A stretch of DNA of 50,348 nucleotides from an uncultured Candidatus Bathyarchaeia archaeon (GTDB taxonomy: Archaea > Thermoproteota > Bathyarchaeia > Bathyarchaeales > Bathycorpusculaceae), in the NCBI GenBank assembly GCA_964354055.1, contig CAYGYI010000001.1:1-50348 (forward strand). The letters are read 5' to 3'. This document shows positions 42,141 through 50,348 of the stretch, one piece after another (position 1 is the first letter of the stretch; every line of letters begins with the position of its first letter). A program made the position numbers and the translations under genes. The notes beneath the pieces are model-generated. The model was given only the letters and a program-made list of their open reading frames with translations, made no database searches and was not told the DNA's origin.

Positions 42141-43520
42141 ATGGCTTCTAATCATGCGCTTCTGCGTATCAGCACAGTTTTGTGGGCCATCGCAATCCTG
42201 ATCGTGGTTACTGTTCATAATGGATCAAAGAATCAGTGGGTAGTTCCAAACGTGATTGTCGGCAATGCTGGAAATATCGAGGCTGCAAAGGATCTATTGC
42301 ATCATGTAGATAGCGACAGAATTCTAGATGAGAACGGGAAGGAAGTTATATGGCGGGGGGCTGGGGGGAGTTATCTTTTTCATACTGATGATTACATAAC
42401 CGCTTGGAGTCTTCACCTTTCAGAAATCCAGAAAATGGGTTTAGACACCGTTCGTCTGGCCTTCCGTTTTCCAAACAGTAGCCCGGGGGAAGATGGATAT
42501 ATTGCTGCTGACACTTTAGATTACACCAAACTTAATGAAGTTCTAGGTTGGCTTGACAAACACAATATCAAAGCCATTTTATGTTGTATGAACTACCGTG
42601 ATATGGTGGGGGATTTCGGTTCTCAAAAGCTGACAGACAACTGGGTGACACTTGCAGGGCACTATCGTGGCGATTCTCGGATAGTAGCTTATGAGTTATT
42701 CAATGAGCCTAGTCCAGACACATGGGATGTGTCTTGGATGAGAAGCAGAGAGAATGTGACAAAGGCTTATGCGGATCTAACGGATACCGTGCGTGCTGTA
42801 GATCCTGAGCATATTGCTATTTGGCAGTCGTTTGCATACCTTGCTTACTATTGGGATATTGAAAAGTTTGCCGAGACTCTGCAGCCATATCTGAGACCAA
42901 ACCTTGTCTTCACCGTTCACAGTTGGCTACACAAGGAATCGAGCTTTGATATCTGGAATCCCGAACAGATGTCGTATATCTCAGTGGAGTACCTTGTTAA
43001 GGCCAGAGAAAGACTGAACGTACCCTTTTGGCTCGGAGAGTTTGGGAGTTACTCGCCATTCAACTTCAGTAATACAGAATATCAGTGGACTGAGCAGACT
43101 TTGTGGCGATGCGAAGGGCAAGTTCTAGGATGGAACCTGTGGATGGGGCGTACCAACATGGATATGCCATGGGAGGAGTATCTGCCCCTGTTCCCGCTCC
43201 AAGTGCATAATGAGAGGCTCGTCCGTGAGCCGTGGAATATGCCAATACATAGCCTGAAGGATTTTGTACTGCAAAGCGGAGGAGTGGACAAACGTGAATC
43301 TTATCGATTGGAAATATGCCACAGTAATGACTATGCAACTTTGAAGCCTGGCATAGTTGTGCGAGTAGTCGTAAGCTGTAAGCTACAGGATGGAAGTTAC
43401 GAGATGGTTAGCGATGAAACAATAAGGGTCAATGAAATCTTGACGATTTGTAACGAAGGGGGAACGACCACACATCCAGAGGATTTGATTGTGAAGATCT
43501 ATTCGATAGGTTTTGCATAG
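42141..43520 (+). CDS. glycoside hydrolase family 5-like with N-terminal membrane anchor/signal and extra C-terminal domain
   Basis: It carries GLDTVRLAF, the acid/base motif YELFNEP and the nucleophile region FWLGEFG. It is transcribed divergently from the giant gene. Confidence 0.85.
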   Translation: MASNHALLRISTVLWAIAILIVVTVHNGSKNQWVVPNVIVGNAGNIEAAKDLLHHVDSDRILDENGKEVIWRGAGGSYLFHTDDYITAWSLHLSEIQKMGLDTVRLAFRFPNSSPGEDGYIAADTLDYTKLNEVLGWLDKHNIKAILCCMNYRDMVGDFGSQKLTDNWVTLAGHYRGDSRIVAYELFNEPSPDTWDVSWMRSRENVTKAYADLTDTVRAVDPEHIAIWQSFAYLAYYWDIEKFAETLQPYLRPNLVFTVHSWLHKESSFDIWNPEQMSYISVEYLVKARERLNVPFWLGEFGSYSPFNFSNTEYQWTEQTLWRCEGQVLGWNLWMGRTNMDMPWEEYLPLFPLQVHNERLVREPWNMPIHSLKDFVLQSGGVDKRESYRLEICHSNDYATLKPGIVVRVVVSCKLQDGSYEMVSDETIRVNEILTICNEGGTTTHPEDLIVKIYSIGFA

Positions 43521-43943
43521 CACACATTTTTGTTCCTCAGCCCGTTTGCGTCATTTGGCTTCTCCCCTGCAGTATTTCGTTAGGAGACAAGCGCCTTAAT
43601 CACTCATATGCGGGAACATGAATTCAGGAACACATTAGTTATTTCACAGATTCCTAGGCAGCTAACTCAACTGTGATCTTCAAGTAGTAGCCTGGTGAAT
43701 TTGGCACTCATGCAGACTAGTTTGACATAGATCTGTTGACACACGACACATTGATATGTTCGACTGCCTCGAAACCATCCGGACCTGGTGCTTATGCTAC
43801 GAGTCTGTTGATATGGGCACAGCATTGCTCCAGTGTGCTGGAACAATAGGAACGATACTAGTCCAATAATCCACTAAGGCGGTCTCATCGCTTGCGGTTT
43901 CGCTAAAGTTGCTTTCAAGTCTTTCTAATAGATACGAGACGAT

Positions 43944-45599
43944 TCACGGGTTCTGCAGGTTTGCACTTGCTTGTACATATATTCTGCATTGATCGTTTGA
44001 ATAAACCAGATCACTTCTATCTTCCACGAACCAAATGTCATAGTAGTATTGGAGTCTTGGAAGGTATTGGAGGCTTATGGATGCGGAAGCCAATCGTTTG
44101 ACTGCCATGTCTGCTGGAAGTTTGTCATCGACTATGCGAATCCGTGAGTAATCCTCTGCAAAGTATTGAAGCACCAAAACATCATCAATTATCGAGGTTA
44201 TTGGCTTCGTGCTCCACATCACTGAAAACTCACAAGCTCTCACTTCATCTGGATGCATAAACGAGACATACGTTGAGTAATATAGGTTGGATACGAGAAA
44301 CGTCCCGATAACCAGAAATGGAAGAGCTCCCTCAAAAAGCCAAGAGATTCGCTTCACCCACCGTATTCCTTTGCTCCTTGCTGCTGCAATTGCAGAGAGA
44401 ACAGAGACAATGACACCACCAAAGAAAAGAATGCGACCCACACCATATTCTGCTGGAGTGAGATATATCAGAATGCCACCAAACAGAACGCCCACCGTCA
44501 GCAGAATGATCAATCTCGCTTCTGCAGTTCTTCTCATAAGTATGATGCCCAGAATGCTCAAGATTGCAAATGCGCCATATATTCCATAGCGATAGAATCC
44601 AAGGAGTGGTACAAGTGCTCCAGGCGAAGGATTGTACACAATCACTTCTCTAAAGCCAGAGAAAGCCCTTTCACCTCTTACGACCGAAGAAAGGAAACTC
44701 ACAACATCGCCAAGCGTCTGAACCGCCACATAGCTCTGCCATGAGACAAAGAGAACTATGGTGACCAGCAAAAGCACAGAAGTAACAAACTGTTTGTTTT
44801 TCAACTTCAAGAATGAGATCCCACCTCCGAATATATAGATGCATGCAACCGAACAGAGAACCATCGCTATGGAAAAAACGTGTGTAATAGTTAGAGCTAT
44901 CGTTGAGACCAACATCAAGACGGTCATCAAGCGGTCTCTCCTGTGCAGACTCTTTATGCTTGCAAAGACGAAAAGCACATAGAGACACAAGCCGATCAAC
45001 TGAGGTGAATAGTGGTATCCGTTGAAAAGCCTAAATGAAAACGCCATGTAGATTGTCGGTACCAACCAGCACTTTTCTGATCCTATGAGAAGCTTACCGA
45101 CGATCAGAAGGAGGCAAACTATGAGCACATTCAGAACAGAACCAAGCAACATGTTTGCTTCCAAAACTTCCATGCCGAGAGTTTCAGATACCATTGCCGA
45201 AAGAACAAAAGTTCCAGGATACTGAAAGTAACCTGTGTAGTTAGCGAAATAGCCATATGTTTCAATGTGTTTTGGCAATGTGCTGTGTCTGAAGGAATCC
45301 CAGAAAAAAACACTCGGTCTCTGCATTAAGGGAAAAATCACCATAAGAATGATTACCATGGTAATAGGAATGATCCAGGATAAACGTTTGTTCCCAAGCT
45401 TGTTCACGAGTAAAAGGCCCAACGGCAGACAGAAGAGGTATATCCATGTTGGCCAAGAGAAAAGAAGCACAAGGTCACCACTGGAGAAATCTGAGCGACC
45501 GAAATCCATTCGTAGCAGAAAAACACCTAGAAGCGATAAGCCAACAGAAAGACATGCAACAATAGCATAATCTCGGATTTTCGTATTGATCATTTTCAT
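43944..45599 (-). CDS. polytopic membrane protein (about 14 TM helices + C-terminal extracytoplasmic domain), possible GT-C-type glycosyltransferase or glycan polymerase
   Basis: 551 aa, highly hydrophobic, located in a glycosyltransferase context. No WWDYG (AglB) motif is visible. The functional call is inference. Confidence 0.75.
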   Translation of the reverse strand: MKMINTKIRDYAIVACLSVGLSLLGVFLLRMDFGRSDFSSGDLVLLFSWPTWIYLFCLPLGLLLVNKLGNKRLSWIIPITMVIILMVIFPLMQRPSVFFWDSFRHSTLPKHIETYGYFANYTGYFQYPGTFVLSAMVSETLGMEVLEANMLLGSVLNVLIVCLLLIVGKLLIGSEKCWLVPTIYMAFSFRLFNGYHYSPQLIGLCLYVLFVFASIKSLHRRDRLMTVLMLVSTIALTITHVFSIAMVLCSVACIYIFGGGISFLKLKNKQFVTSVLLLVTIVLFVSWQSYVAVQTLGDVVSFLSSVVRGERAFSGFREVIVYNPSPGALVPLLGFYRYGIYGAFAILSILGIILMRRTAEARLIILLTVGVLFGGILIYLTPAEYGVGRILFFGGVIVSVLSAIAAARSKGIRWVKRISWLFEGALPFLVIGTFLVSNLYYSTYVSFMHPDEVRACEFSVMWSTKPITSIIDDVLVLQYFAEDYSRIRIVDDKLPADMAVKRLASASISLQYLPRLQYYYDIWFVEDRSDLVYSNDQCRIYVQASANLQNP

Positions 45600-45758
45600 C
45601 GCCTCACAACAGAATACTGTTTAGGCAATCCCGACAGTAAAGATCGTTGTTCCCAAGATGAAATTCTGATTTTGGATTCTCATTCAAAACTGCTTCCTTC
45701 ACGCATGGGGCGGCATTTGTGAGCATCAGAATCACTTTCGGTCACATTAGGTGTGTTT

Positions 45759-46646
45759 TCAAACATTCATTTCAGATGACAGTGACTCGTCAACTAGCCT
45801 TTCCAAAAGATGGCTCATTATTCGCCTTTCGGTTTCGTTGGTTGACTTCGACAAACCCTCTCTTTCCACGTGTACCACCACGATACCCGGATCATAGATA
45901 GAATCCCAACCTTCCAAGACAACCTTCGCACCCAAATACTGTTCCCAATATGGAGCCACCTTGATAAATCGGTGTTCTGGAAGAGAGGCATTCTTCAGGG
46001 CTTCTTTCTTGAAGCTCATATTGACCCCAAGGCATGGCAGAGAATAGCACACCTTTCGTGATATATATGGTCCCGTGGCAATTGTGAAATCTCTCGTGAT
46101 GAATATACCAAGGCGATATTTTTTGAAAACGGGATGTGGTCTGCTCAACATTGGTCTTAGCAAACGCCATTGCAAACTGCGCATCAATGCTGGAAACGTT
46201 TCGCTCTTCCTTGGGGTACGCCTGGCTCTGATGAATGGAGCAAATGTTGGAATATCGCCAAGACCGTACGAAGGGATCAAGCTTATGCTGCCACCAGAAA
46301 TCGCGCCGCTATTTCTGAACTTTGAATGCCTATTTACGTAGTCGTCGATCCAGTGTTCGGGCAGGATTGCGTCATCGTCTGTGAAAATGACAATTTCCCC
46401 TTTTGAGCATCTCAAACCCATGTTCAGTGCATGTGTCAGATGACCCATGTCTTGCACTAGAATCTTGTATTGAAGCCTATGTTTGTTGCATATCTTATGT
46501 ATGACTTCCTCCGTTCCATCTCCAGAAGGCTTTACGACTATGATTGTTTCAAACCGCCCACCAAAAGATTGCCTACCAAGACTTTCCAAGAGGTTGGAGA
46601 TTAGTCGTACACCTTTGAAAGTGGGTACTACGACGGATACCTGCAT
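45759..46646 (-). CDS. family 2 glycosyltransferase
   Basis: It carries MQVSVVVPTFKG and IFTDDDAI (DxD). ATG at 46646 is preferred over 46694, because it leaves a 65-bp divergent promoter region. Confidence 0.85.
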   Translation of the reverse strand: MQVSVVVPTFKGVRLISNLLESLGRQSFGGRFETIIVVKPSGDGTEEVIHKICNKHRLQYKILVQDMGHLTHALNMGLRCSKGEIVIFTDDDAILPEHWIDDYVNRHSKFRNSGAISGGSISLIPSYGLGDIPTFAPFIRARRTPRKSETFPALMRSLQWRLLRPMLSRPHPVFKKYRLGIFITRDFTIATGPYISRKVCYSLPCLGVNMSFKKEALKNASLPEHRFIKVAPYWEQYLGAKVVLEGWDSIYDPGIVVVHVEREGLSKSTNETERRIMSHLLERLVDESLSSEMNV

Positions 46647-46711
46647 ATCATCACACTTCTTGTTGAAGCCTGAAAGCTTTATAGGTCTTTTCAATATGAT
46701 AACGAAGGGAA

Positions 46712-47734
46712 ATGTCTGTGAACGAGACCTTACAGCTCTTGAGAATGGTCCACTGCATCAACGAGCAGATTCATGTAAATCTGACAGACAACCAATCCGT
46801 GCGACTTTACAAGTGTGCTATCAGAAACAAAATGGCGCTTTTCTACTTAGAGATCCTTAGAAAGAGCTCGGGATTGTTTGCGCTTCAGTCTGCCTATGAC
46901 TTGGAAAACACGAAATATACAAAGAGTGTTGATGCAATTGTCAGAGTCTCTGGCTCCCTGTCCAGCAAAGGGATCAACCATGCAGTCTTCAAAACTGTTC
47001 GACCGTACAAGTCTGCCACTGCGGATATTGATGTGCTGATTTTCAACCAAGATTCCTATTCCAAGTCGTTGAAAGCAACAGAAGAGGCAGGTTACAGAAT
47101 GATTGTACGAGGACCGATGTCGGCGACCTTTTGGGATGAGGATGCACAGATTGGAATAGACTTGTATGAACAAATCGCTGTGAGTTACATTGCATACATT
47201 GACATCGCAAAACTCAAGACCTATGTCAAGAATACGAAGCTCGAGAATGGCAAAAACGTACCTCTTCTGGGACCTGAAGCCGATCTGGCCTGCATAATTG
47301 CCCATTCTGTAATAAAGGAACAGATGTATACGCTATCGGAGTACTACTCATACCTTTACTATCTCAAACAAATGGACGTCAACCAATTTCTCGATATCGT
47401 GAGGCAAAACAACATTACGGTTGCTGCGAGGGTGCACACAACAATCACAGCTAGACTCTGCCAGATGATAAATGGAATTATCCCTTTCGAGTTCCAAAGG
47501 ATCCTGAAAGACCTCAACACTGACTGCCTGGAAGTGGAGAGGCTAGTCGCGAATAACTTTGCGACTCCGCACAAGTATCACCCAATCACTGTGGCAAGGT
47601 CGCTTCTTGAAATCGCAAAGGGAAAAAGAACTAGAGATAGCATGGCTAGACAAGTTTATGAGCTTCTAAATCCCAACTTTTCAGGAAAATTCCTTGGAGC
47701 CTTTTTGGAACACGTAATCAGAGAAACTTATTGA
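46712..47734 (+). CDS. uncharacterised nucleotidyltransferase family protein (NTP_transf_5-like)
   Basis: 340 aa. AVFKTVRPYKSATADIDVLIFNQDSY resembles the KG...R..DIDLL core of that family. Confidence 0.6.
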   Translation: MSVNETLQLLRMVHCINEQIHVNLTDNQSVRLYKCAIRNKMALFYLEILRKSSGLFALQSAYDLENTKYTKSVDAIVRVSGSLSSKGINHAVFKTVRPYKSATADIDVLIFNQDSYSKSLKATEEAGYRMIVRGPMSATFWDEDAQIGIDLYEQIAVSYIAYIDIAKLKTYVKNTKLENGKNVPLLGPEADLACIIAHSVIKEQMYTLSEYYSYLYYLKQMDVNQFLDIVRQNNITVAARVHTTITARLCQMINGIIPFEFQRILKDLNTDCLEVERLVANNFATPHKYHPITVARSLLEIAKGKRTRDSMARQVYELLNPNFSGKFLGAFLEHVIRETY

Positions 47735-47744
47735 AACGATGTGT

Positions 47745-48497
47745 CTAGTGATATTTCGACACGAAGTCTACAATCATTTCATGAGTCTCACTGACCGAGT
47801 ACATCGAAGTGTCAACTCGAAATGCCATGACCCTTGGCGCAAGATAGCTATACATCTTTCTATGAAAATCCGTATACTCTCTTGGTCCGGCAACTTCCCC
47901 ACGCCTACTTAGAATAGTGTCGTAGGGCGCATCCACGTACACGAATACTGTGCCCCTAGGCACAAGTCTCAACAGAAGCGATGCTTGCCAACTGTTTACA
48001 AAACCCTCTTCACCCAGAAAATAGGCGATGCTTGCGATACTGTCAACCACGAACCTCTCAGCCACAACCACACGTCCCACTAATAGGGGAATATGAACCT
48101 GCAAAATCACAACTGGAACAATACCTGCAAGCTCAACGACCGACCAGATGAACTTTGACAACCTTCCTTTTAATATCGGAGGACTCATAGTAATCGGACT
48201 GACCGCTCCATATTCGGCTTCGCTTAAATAGGAAACTGCAAAGCCTGTCCGCATCTTCTTCAGAATACCACTTCTGTCTTCACATAGATTCAGTTTGTAG
48301 AACAGCATCCACATCAGATAGGCAATCGTGTGAGTCGAACGGACCCACGCCTTCTTCACTTCGAACCCTCTGGACCGGAGAACACCAGCCAAAAGCTCAG
48401 TCTGTGTAGACTTCCCAGCACCGTCAGGACCAAAAAGAGCGACAACTCTGGGAAAGCGAATCTTACTTGCGCTCGAAGGCACATTCATGTTAAACAA
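47745..48497 (-). CDS. thymidylate-kinase-like P-loop NTPase
   Basis: The Walker A motif is LFGPDGAGKST and there is a DRY-like AERFVVDS. The segment between them is unusually hydrophobic. Confidence 0.7.
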   Translation of the reverse strand: MFNMNVPSSASKIRFPRVVALFGPDGAGKSTQTELLAGVLRSRGFEVKKAWVRSTHTIAYLMWMLFYKLNLCEDRSGILKKMRTGFAVSYLSEAEYGAVSPITMSPPILKGRLSKFIWSVVELAGIVPVVILQVHIPLLVGRVVVAERFVVDSIASIAYFLGEEGFVNSWQASLLLRLVPRGTVFVYVDAPYDTILSRRGEVAGPREYTDFHRKMYSYLAPRVMAFRVDTSMYSVSETHEMIVDFVSKYH

Positions 48498-48527
48498 CTC
48501 GACTCTAAGGACATACTCAACTGTGCC

Positions 48528-49601
48528 TCATTCGAAATAGCTGGCCTCAAGTTTTTCGGTGACTTGGTTCCAGTCAAGGATCTTGGTTCCCATCCATTTT
48601 CTAATGGCTTTCTGATCCAAATCGTTGTCCAGAACGCGGTTAATTTGGCTTGCCAATGCCGTCAAATTGATGGGGAAGTCAACCCCAAAGCATGTCTCAT
48701 TGTCCACCCATTCGCTTAAAGCAGAAGTCTTCGCTACTACGCATGGGGTTCCAGCCGTCAACGCTTCAGCCACCACGATTGAATATGCTTCATATCTTGA
48801 CAGTAGCACAAACGCATCGGCATCTGCGTACTTCTGCAGAAGCTCTGGCCTAGACAAACCATGATAGAACCTGACTCTGTCAGAGACATTCAATTCATGG
48901 GCACGCTTCTCTAAGAAAGGTCTAAGCGGTCCTCTCCCCACGATTTCCAGAACCACATCTTCAGCAAGTCTGGGCAAGACCTCGACTAAGTACTGTGCAC
49001 CCTTAAACCCGGCCAGATAGCCAACATACAGGACAGATCTGAACTCTCGGTCTCGCTTCTTCAAACCCTCGAACTCACTATAGTCCACGCCATTCGGAAT
49101 CACATCAACTCTGTCACGGGTGAACCCAAACTGTCTTCGTATCAGAGATTTCTCAAACTCCGACACTGCAATTATCCTATCCGCCTTTGCCAGAGTCCTC
49201 TTGCCAAGCGGTTTGAGCAGCCTCACCAACGCATCTCTGAACGTTGAATGTCCCACGCCGTGAAAGTGAGGAGTCGCAACAAACATATTGCTTTTCGCAA
49301 GAGTCGAAAGGTGAAAGGGAAAGGCATGATATCCATGAGCGTGAACCACGTCAAACTCGCTCTTGCGCATTCTCAAAGGCATGTCAACCGTGAGGAAGTA
49401 AGCATTGCTCGGCGCTTTGCACCTGAATCTCTCCACCTTCACGCCGTTCGTAACCTCAAACCATGGAAGCTGCGCCTTATCATTCGTGGCGAAAACAGTC
49501 ACATCGTGCTTTCGAGCAAGCCGCTCGGAAATGCTCCTAACGTGAACCGAAATTCCGCCTACCTCAACATATGAATCTGGACAAACCTGCAAAATTTTCA
49601 T
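48528..49601 (-). CDS. family 4 (GT-B) glycosyltransferase
   Basis: It carries LSRYEAYSIVVAEALTAGTPCVVA. The probable start is ATG 49601 (MKILQVCPDSY). Confidence 0.88.
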   Translation of the reverse strand: MKILQVCPDSYVEVGGISVHVRSISERLARKHDVTVFATNDKAQLPWFEVTNGVKVERFRCKAPSNAYFLTVDMPLRMRKSEFDVVHAHGYHAFPFHLSTLAKSNMFVATPHFHGVGHSTFRDALVRLLKPLGKRTLAKADRIIAVSEFEKSLIRRQFGFTRDRVDVIPNGVDYSEFEGLKKRDREFRSVLYVGYLAGFKGAQYLVEVLPRLAEDVVLEIVGRGPLRPFLEKRAHELNVSDRVRFYHGLSRPELLQKYADADAFVLLSRYEAYSIVVAEALTAGTPCVVAKTSALSEWVDNETCFGVDFPINLTALASQINRVLDNDLDQKAIRKWMGTKILDWNQVTEKLEASYFE

Positions 49602-49812
49602 ACTATCAACCCCACACACGTTGAAAGCCAAAGCTCATGCGATCAATTTCCCTTGAAATCATGCTTTTCCTCAACAAATACTTATGCTGCTGTCTTCTGT
49701 ATTCATGTTCGACTTTTGTGCGAAAGCGTTTATTAAATAGCAAGATAGAATAAACGCGCGATAAAGTAAATATCAATGAACATACATATCTCATGTAGAG
49801 CAGCGTGATCAT

Positions 49813-50348
49813 GTGAATCTGAACGTTTCGAAAAACGTTGGAAGGGCAACTGTGCTCCTCGCAGTCTTAATGTTTTCTATCGTTGCAGTTAGTTTCAGTT
49901 TGGCATCCTCTACAGTTGTGCCTTCCAACGGAGTGATCTACTATCCGCCTGGGTCTGGAGTTATTTTTGAGGATGAGTTTGAAAGTGGCGACTACAGTCA
50001 GTGGGCAGGTGTTGCAACCACTACTGGCGATAATGCGTCAGTAGCCAGTTTGAATCCGTATACTGGCAGATATGTTGGTCGGTTCCAGACAGGCACCATA
50101 ACGTCCGGAACAAAGTACGCCTATTGCTATGAAAGCCTGTCCCAAGCGGCCACTGATGTCTACGCCAGAACATATTTCTATATTGCCGATGGCCTGCCAC
50201 TCAACGACAACGATGACAGGTTTGGACTGATCGGATTTGAGATCGGCAGCCAGTTGCAGTGCACTCTCCGCGTTAGCCGATCAGGTGGCGTTGACAGGTT
50301 CAGCATTACCGGTTCTAATGGCACCAGTTCAGTTTCCAAGAATTCAGA
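49813..50348 (+). CDS. 5' part of a secreted concanavalin-like/polysaccharide-lyase-like protein, runs off the right edge
   Basis: The frame is open from GTG 49813 to the window end and is not in the ORF track. The product begins VNLNVSKNVGRATVLLAVLMFSIVAVSFSLASS (signal peptide) and continues FEDEFESGDYSQWAG...TGRYVGRFQ...YARTYFYI. Confidence 0.65.
   Translation, partial: MNLNVSKNVGRATVLLAVLMFSIVAVSFSLASSTVVPSNGVIYYPPGSGVIFEDEFESGDYSQWAGVATTTGDNASVASLNPYTGRYVGRFQTGTITSGTKYAYCYESLSQAATDVYARTYFYIADGLPLNDNDDRFGLIGFEIGSQLQCTLRVSRSGGVDRFSITGSNGTSSVSKNS

Noticed and set aside
1-50348. Search for CRISPR arrays, rRNA, tRNA, transposases and integrases
   Set aside because: I found no regularly spaced repeats, no cloverleaf-like or rRNA-like segments in the intergenic regions, and no DDE/tyrosine-recombinase-like ORFs by eye. 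A tRNAscan/Infernal run would be needed to confirm the absence.

Overview
This window looks like a cell-envelope and surface-glycan island of an archaeon; the lineage cannot be assigned from sequence alone. Archaeal markers are PEF-CTERM-type sorting signals with an archaeosortase, a DUF1616-like protein, GGPP synthase with geranylgeranyl reductases, and TATA-like octamers about 35-40 nt upstream of start codons, often with GGAGG-type ribosome-binding sites. Most genes are on the minus strand. I found no rRNA, tRNA, CRISPR array or recognisable transposase/integrase.

Gene content, left to right:
- Two SDR sugar epimerase/dehydratases and a nitroreductase.
- A co-directional block at 3302-11294. 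Its centre is a 1214-aa ORF that fuses a Wzx-like flippase, an archaeosortase core, a Cys4 ribbon, an EpsI-like ectodomain and a wHTH-like tail. Next to it are a DUF1616-like protein and two paralogous secreted proteins ending in VVPEL + TM + basic signals.
- Secreted or anchored proteins: a dockerin protein with a divergently transcribed paralog, an extracytoplasmic rhodanese, two GH5 hydrolases, an S8 subtilase and a protein with tandem PPC-like domains.
- An isoprenoid cluster at 21539-29005: GGPP synthase, two geranylgeranyl-reductase paralogs, a UbiA prenyltransferase, and a PEF-CTERM protein with an alpha/alpha-toroid domain.
- Nucleotide-sugar and glycosyltransferase genes, interrupted by hicBA and an abiE-like module whose toxin gene is frameshifted.
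- A 1843-aa adhesin-like giant protein (DUF2341-LamG x2, FG-GAP propeller, third LamG).
- More glycan-assembly genes.

Observations most worth follow-up:
1. The flippase-archaeosortase-EpsI fusion and its adjacent candidate substrates.
2. Two surface-protein genes whose annotated stop (CCC-TAA-C at 202-208, CCA-TAG-A at 36478-36484) is followed in the +1 frame by sensible coding sequence missing from the ORF track: a sorting-signal tail in one case, an extra repeat module in the other.
3. The isoprenoid genes wrapped around a PEF-CTERM protein.
4. An operator-like array of inverted repeats at the abiE promoter.
5. A roughly 40-bp imperfect direct repeat bracketing the 3.3-kb GT4 + abiE segment.

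All functional calls come from motif recognition by eye. No database search was run.
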